Shown: one piece after another, positions 59,255 through 64,000 of the stretch | Layout: every line of letters begins with the position of its first letter | Numbering within the stretch: position 1 is the stretch's first letter | NCBI GenBank assembly: GCA_963667015.2 | Contig: CAXXJJ010000004.1 | Location: forward strand, 3,520,001 to 3,584,000 | Reading direction: 5' to 3' | Source of the DNA: Desulfatiglandales bacterium | Lineage (GTDB): Bacteria; Desulfobacterota; DSM-4660; Desulfatiglandales; HGW-15 | DNA length: 64,000 nt | Translations under genes and position numbers: made by a program | The notes under the pieces: generated by a model | The model's database searches: none | What the model saw: the letters and a program-made list of their open reading frames with translations, nothing else | Told to the model about the DNA's origin: nothing

Positions 59255-60436
59255 CTATTCTCTTTTATCCAGTGCCTCGTACTCACACCCTGTAAGCCCG
59301 CAGTAATTGCCGATATACTCGGCCGTTGGTCTGTAGAGGGCAGGTTTTCCCTGTGCCTCTGCAAATTTTTCCTCAATAATGTGTCCGCACCAGCCCGATA
59401 CCCTGGACATGGCAAATATAGGGGTCATGAGATCAAGAGGAATACCCATTATATGATAGACAGGGGCGCTGAAGAAATCCACATTGGGCTGAATATTGTC
59501 TTTGCTCCTCTTTTTAAACTCCTCGACGCCATATTTTTCAATCAGCATTGAAAGATCGTGCCAGATCTTTTTACCCGTTTTATTGCCAAGCCTCTTTCCC
59601 ATCTCCTTGAGAAATTTTGCCCTGGGGTCCATGGTTTTATATACGGCATGGCCCATGCCCATGATTTTTCCGCCGCCATCCAGCTGTTTTACGATCCAGC
59701 CGGGGATATCCTTTTCATTCTCAAGCTCAAAGAGCATTTTCATTACCTGCTGGTTTGCACCTCCATGAAGGCTGCCCGACAGCGCGCCGATACCGGCCGT
59801 AACCCCTGCATACATATGGGCTCTTGTTGACACGACCTCCCTGCAGGCAAATGTTGAGGCATTAAATGTATGGTCTGCATGAAGCACAAGGCATGTATCC
59901 AGATCCTTTGCCATCTCCCTGTCAGGTTTTTCTCCCTTGAGCTGCCACAAAAAGTTCTCCGCCAGGGTAAGATCCTCATTGGATGGAAGAAGATGCTTAT
60001 CCTCCCTTATCCTGTGCCATGCCGCAACCACAATTGGCAGCCTGGCAATAAGCCTTATGGCCATATTTACATTGCCTTCCCTGGACTCGGTATTAAGGTC
60101 AGGGTCGGCCATTCCCAGCATTGGAACAACAGACTGCAGGACGTCCATAGGCGCTGCGTCCCGGGGAAAGGTTTTTAATGCATCGATTACAGAACCCGGG
60201 ATATCCCGGGCCTTTTTTATCCTGGCTTCAAAATCCTCGAGTTCTGCACGGCCCGGCAGGCGGCCGTTAAGAATCAGATATGCAACCTCCAGAAAGGAGG
60301 ATTCTTCCGCAAGCTGCTCAATTCTGTAACCCCTGTAAATAAGGATGCCTTTTTCACCGTCAATAAAGCTTATTTTTGTATCAGCAACGGTTACGCCCCG
60401 GAGCCCCAGATTTTTTACGTTTACAGATTCAGCCAT
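59255..60436 (-). CDS. gltA: Citrate synthase
   Basis: GLRGV, LIYRGY, HADHTFNAS, LHGGAN, MGMGHAVYK..DPR, PNVDF. Confidence 0.92.
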   Translation of the reverse strand: MAESVNVKNLGLRGVTVADTKISFIDGEKGILIYRGYRIEQLAEESSFLEVAYLILNGRLPGRAELEDFEARIKKARDIPGSVIDALKTFPRDAAPMDVLQSVVPMLGMADPDLNTESREGNVNMAIRLIARLPIVVAAWHRIREDKHLLPSNEDLTLAENFLWQLKGEKPDREMAKDLDTCLVLHADHTFNASTFACREVVSTRAHMYAGVTAGIGALSGSLHGGANQQVMKMLFELENEKDIPGWIVKQLDGGGKIMGMGHAVYKTMDPRAKFLKEMGKRLGNKTGKKIWHDLSMLIEKYGVEEFKKRSKDNIQPNVDFFSAPVYHIMGIPLDLMTPIFAMSRVSGWCGHIIEEKFAEAQGKPALYRPTAEYIGNYCGLTGCEYEALDKRE

Positions 60437-60713
60437 ATTGCCCTCCTGATAATATTAGATAATTTGTTGTCGGAAAAGAGAATTATAGACTATTATAAGC
60501 CATGGAAAAGAAAATATCTTCTGTTTTTTGAAATAAGGCAGTGATACCTTTGAGTTAAAAGGATACGGCCAATAACCGGTAACATGACCCTGAATCAGGA
60601 TTTAATGTTGACGTCAGAAACTGGATGGTGTTATTTTTATCCGAGTTTTATTAACATATCCAGATTTGGATAAACCCGTTGTTTTATCCTTTCAATCTTA
60701 AATACGATAAAAT

Positions 60714-61652
60714 ATGCCTCTTAAAAAGTTTTTTTTAGTACAGAAGGTCATGATCAGGGTGAGTCTATCACTTGTTCCCCTGGTATTGTTTGCAGTATAC
60801 CTTTTCGGGTGGCGTGCCTTTTTTATCGCCCTTATTGTGCTGGCATTCGGTATCGCAACAGAGGCACATTTTACAGTAAGGGAAGGTAAACCCGTAACAT
60901 CAGCTATAATTGTAACCTGCCTGATCTACGCCCTTTCTCTGCCGCCGACCATACCGTTCTGGATTGCAGTAATTGGCATCATCGTTGGCGTTACATTCGG
61001 GAAGATGGTGTTTGGGGGCTTTGGTCAGAACATCTACAATCCCGCCATGGTGGGCAGATGTTTTATTTACATTGCATTTCCAAAACAAATGACCAGTAGC
61101 TGGATCGAACCCATGTGGGGCGGTGCAGGCGGCTTTACCTCATGGGACGGGGCCGTGGACGCAGTAACCAGGGCAACGCCGCTCATGCAGATAAAAGAGG
61201 GCCCGCTCCCTTCTGTTCTGGACCTTATTATCGGAAACAGTTCAGGCTCCATGGGGGAAACTTCTGCTGTCCTGATAGTCGCGGCAGGAATATTCCTGAT
61301 TTATAAAAAAGCCGCACCCTGGAGGCTTACCCTGTCATGCATTGCCGGGGGATTGATAGTTGCATTTATAATGAGCACGTTTGCTGCAGGACCTCCTGTC
61401 CTTTATACATTCATATCCGGTGCATTTTTATTCGGAAGCGTTTTTATTGTTACAGAACCCATTACCGGTCCCAAAACACGGCCCGGGCAGCTGATATACG
61501 GGTTTTTGGTTGGCGGGCTGACTGTAATATTAAGGGAATATTCCAACTTTACCGAAGGCTTTATGTTTGCAATCCTTTTGATGAATGCCTTTGTTCCCCT
61601 CATTGAGATGGGAGTCAATCAGTCCGGGCAGATAAAGCAGGCAGCCAGATGA
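60714..61652 (+). CDS. NqrB/RnfD-family membrane subunit
   Basis: K.VFGGFGQN.YNPA..GR, FMN site DAVTRATPL, GSMGETS. Confidence 0.88.
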   Translation: MPLKKFFLVQKVMIRVSLSLVPLVLFAVYLFGWRAFFIALIVLAFGIATEAHFTVREGKPVTSAIIVTCLIYALSLPPTIPFWIAVIGIIVGVTFGKMVFGGFGQNIYNPAMVGRCFIYIAFPKQMTSSWIEPMWGGAGGFTSWDGAVDAVTRATPLMQIKEGPLPSVLDLIIGNSSGSMGETSAVLIVAAGIFLIYKKAAPWRLTLSCIAGGLIVAFIMSTFAAGPPVLYTFISGAFLFGSVFIVTEPITGPKTRPGQLIYGFLVGGLTVILREYSNFTEGFMFAILLMNAFVPLIEMGVNQSGQIKQAAR

Positions 61653-62284
61653 ACAGCATATTCCGATCAGTAATATTCATGTTCGTTACGGCGCTGGTTT
61701 TCACAACCATTGTAACAGTCGTTAAAATAACAAATGAGGACAGGATTGAAAAAAACCAAAAGGTAAAACTTCAACGAACAATCATAAATGTGCTGGGGTT
61801 GAATGAAGGAGCACAACTCTCTCCGGAAAAAATCTCTGAGATCTATAATAAGAGAATAAAAGAAGGTAAAATCGATGACCGGACAGTCTACACATGTTAT
61901 GGCGAGGATGGTAAGACCATTACCGGTTATGCCTTTCCGGTTGACGGTCCGGGTTTCTGGGGACCGATTTATGCCATGGCGGCAGTAAATCCCGGGGCAA
62001 CAAAACTTCTCGGGGTATCCTTTTACCGGCATTCTGAAACACCCGGACTGGGGGGAAGGATCTCGGAAGCCGGGTTTTCAGGACAGTTTAAGGACCTGTC
62101 CCTGGAGCCTGCAGACAATGAAAAACAATATTTTTACCTGGTCCCAGAAGAGGATAAAAAAAGAAAAAATGACCTTGACGCCATCACCGGTGCATCCCGA
62201 ACCAGTGATGCGGTTGAATCATTCTTAAACAGGGAATTGAAGATTGTTGTGGAAGAGTTAAAGAAAAGGACGAGTGACGAGTAG
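61649..62284 (+). CDS. NqrC/RnfG-family FMN-binding subunit
   Basis: GPGFWGPI, H.ETPGLG, DAITGASRTS flavinylation motif. Confidence 0.88.
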   Translation: MNSIFRSVIFMFVTALVFTTIVTVVKITNEDRIEKNQKVKLQRTIINVLGLNEGAQLSPEKISEIYNKRIKEGKIDDRTVYTCYGEDGKTITGYAFPVDGPGFWGPIYAMAAVNPGATKLLGVSFYRHSETPGLGGRISEAGFSGQFKDLSLEPADNEKQYFYLVPEEDKKRKNDLDAITGASRTSDAVESFLNRELKIVVEELKKRTSDE

Positions 62285-62381
62285 CGAATGACGATTTACG
62301 AAGTCTGCTCAGGCAGATTGTGCTTTTAATTCGTCCTTCGTCATTCGGGATTCGTCATTCGATTGTTCAATTTTTGGGAAT

Positions 62382-62466
62382 GCAGGGGCAGACCTGCGTG
62401 TCTGCCCGAATTAAGATTTTGCACCGTATCAATTTATCGCGGGCGGACACATAGGTCCGCCCCTAC
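62382..62466. repeat. GTAG-type REP doublet inside the nqr-like operon
   Basis: GCAGGGGCAGACCTGCGTGTCTGCCC and inverted GGGCGGACACATAGGTCCGCCCCTAC, preceded by CGAATGA/TCATTCG heptamer runs (about 62275-62362). Confidence 0.8.
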
Positions 62467-62511
62467 AAAAACAATTGTACACCCGGAGAAAAATATAAAG
62501 AGACTCAACCC

Positions 62512-63132
62512 ATGCAAAAAAAACTGACAAACAAAGAAATATTCATTGCGGGAGTCTGGAAGGACAACCCGGTACTGCGGCAGGTCCTGGGCATCTGCTC
62601 CACCCTGGCAGTAACTAACCTTCTGGTGAACACCCTTGTCATGTGCGCCGGGCTTGTATTTACCACAATAATGTCCTCCATGACCGTTTCCATGCTCAGG
62701 AACCTTATTCCTTCAAGAATCCGCATGATGGTCCAGACCCTTATCATCGCCTCATATGTCATAATAGTGGATATAGTAATTCAGTCATACCTGCCTGATA
62801 TAAGTGAGGCACTGGGGCCCTATGTAGGTCTGATTATTACAAACTGTATCATCATGGGGAGATGCGAGGCATTTGCCCAGAACAACAGGGTTCTGCCATC
62901 CGCTGTTGACGGCCTTGCAATGGGAATCGGCTACACCATAGTTCTTACGGTAATCGCCGTTGTCAGAGAGGCGCTCGGTTTCGGCACACTTCTGGGATTC
63001 AGGGTAATGCCGGATTTCTTTACTCCATGGACTATAATGATAGTAGCGCCCGGGGCATTCTTTGTTCTTGGTGTTTTTATATGGTTTGTAAGGGCAGTAA
63101 CACCTGAAACCAAAGAATTAAAGGTGGTGTAG
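62512..63132 (+). CDS. NqrD/RnfE-family subunit
   Basis: NPVL.QVLGICSTLAVT, GLIITNCIIMGRCEAFA, APGAFF. Confidence 0.88.
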   Translation: MQKKLTNKEIFIAGVWKDNPVLRQVLGICSTLAVTNLLVNTLVMCAGLVFTTIMSSMTVSMLRNLIPSRIRMMVQTLIIASYVIIVDIVIQSYLPDISEALGPYVGLIITNCIIMGRCEAFAQNNRVLPSAVDGLAMGIGYTIVLTVIAVVREALGFGTLLGFRVMPDFFTPWTIMIVAPGAFFVLGVFIWFVRAVTPETKELKVV

Positions 63133-63135
63133 GCA

Positions 63136-63729
63136 ATGAACCAGATAGATAGCACAACCCTGTTTTTTGCAGCGATTTTTACAAACAACATACTGCTCAC
63201 AAATTTTCTGGGTCTCTGCCCCTTTCTTTCAATCTCAAGGCAGATAAAGTCCGCCTTTGGACTCGGGGTTGCTGTTGCATTTGTAATGGGCAGTAATGCG
63301 GCGCTTAACAACCTGGTGTACTACCACCTGCTTCTTCCCTTTCATCTGGAGCATTTCAGATATATTGTCTTTATCATTATAATAGCGGGTTTTGTCCAGC
63401 TGGTTGAAATGACTGTTGAAAGATTTTTTCCACCCCTCTATTACATGCTGGGTATTTTCCTGCCCCTCATAACGGTCAACTGTGCCATACTGGGTGTATC
63501 GCTCTTTATGATCATAAGAAAGTATACACTTGTCCAGTCAGTAGCATACGGAGCAGGGAGCGGAATAGGATGGCTGCTGGCGATTATCACCATAGGAGCT
63601 ATAAGGGAAAAGATACAGGGCAAGACAAAACTGCCAAAGGGTCTAGAGGGTCCGGCTATAACCCTGATTATAACTGGTATACTGTCCCTTGCATTTATTG
63701 TGTTCAGCGGGATGGTGAACGTACAATAA
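63136..63729 (+). CDS. NqrE/RnfA-family subunit
   Basis: NN.LL..FLGLCPF, GIFLPLITVNCAILG. Confidence 0.88.
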   Translation: MNQIDSTTLFFAAIFTNNILLTNFLGLCPFLSISRQIKSAFGLGVAVAFVMGSNAALNNLVYYHLLLPFHLEHFRYIVFIIIIAGFVQLVEMTVERFFPPLYYMLGIFLPLITVNCAILGVSLFMIIRKYTLVQSVAYGAGSGIGWLLAIITIGAIREKIQGKTKLPKGLEGPAITLIITGILSLAFIVFSGMVNVQ

Positions 63730-63841
63730 ATGGACTGCTGTAGTAATATGGCTTTTTTCAATAAAAGAAAATTTAATGGTTTGCAAAGAGGTATAAGGTC
63801 TACGGTTTGCGGTGTACGGAAAAACATTGATATAGGAAAGT

Positions 63842-64000
63842 ATGGAATTTAATTTTACAGAGCTTCTTACAAGCATTTCTGTTGTCTCCGGAATCGGTGT
63901 TGTACTTGCCCTTCTGCTTGAACTGGCAGGCAAATATCTTGCAGATTATGGAGAAAAGAAGATACTCATCAACAATGAAAAGGAGATCGTTGTAACCGGC
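63842..64000 (+). CDS. NqrF-like subunit (partial, runs off window end)
   Basis: MEFNFTELL...TM...ADYGEKKILINNEKEIVVTG resembles the NqrF N-terminus preceding the 2Fe-2S domain; position after the E subunit. Confidence 0.65.
   Translation, partial: MEFNFTELLTSISVVSGIGVVLALLLELAGKYLADYGEKKILINNEKEIVVTG

Overview
Bacterial chromosomal window, probably from an anaerobic Desulfobacterota (delta-proteobacterial) organism. This is inferred from the IspH-UbiA fusion, the glycyl radical enzyme and the Nqr/Rnf-type operon. Housekeeping DNA lies at both ends. Left (1-19.8 kb): MFS transporter, dusB-ispH/ubiA-GT2, an Mla/MCE ABC operon with cNMP-binding proteins, rmuC, a DnaJ-class protein, an orphan glycyl radical enzyme, recQ and a hybrid kinase. 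Right (51-64 kb): sbcD/sbcC, gltA and nqrB-F-like genes. Between them is an AT-richer accessory/defence mosaic (about 20-51 kb) holding three HTH-ImmA/IrrE peptidase plus toxin modules, AbiE, PIN TA pairs, three AAA-DUF4143 ATPases, a giant secreted Cys-repeat/PASTA protein with a Sel1 partner, and a tight seven-gene run HigB-HigA/ImmA-DUF2779-SIR2-HerA-KTSC-PIN. The modules are separated by recurring short non-coding repeats (GGGTCA/GGGACG-headed motifs, 84-bp direct repeats, hairpins), several of which sit at gene-truncation points. No integrase or HUH transposase is present in the window. An intact IS630 splits a primase-helicase-PLD gene next to a metF 3' fragment. No rRNA, tRNA or CRISPR array was seen. 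All family assignments come from motif recognition by eye, not database searches.
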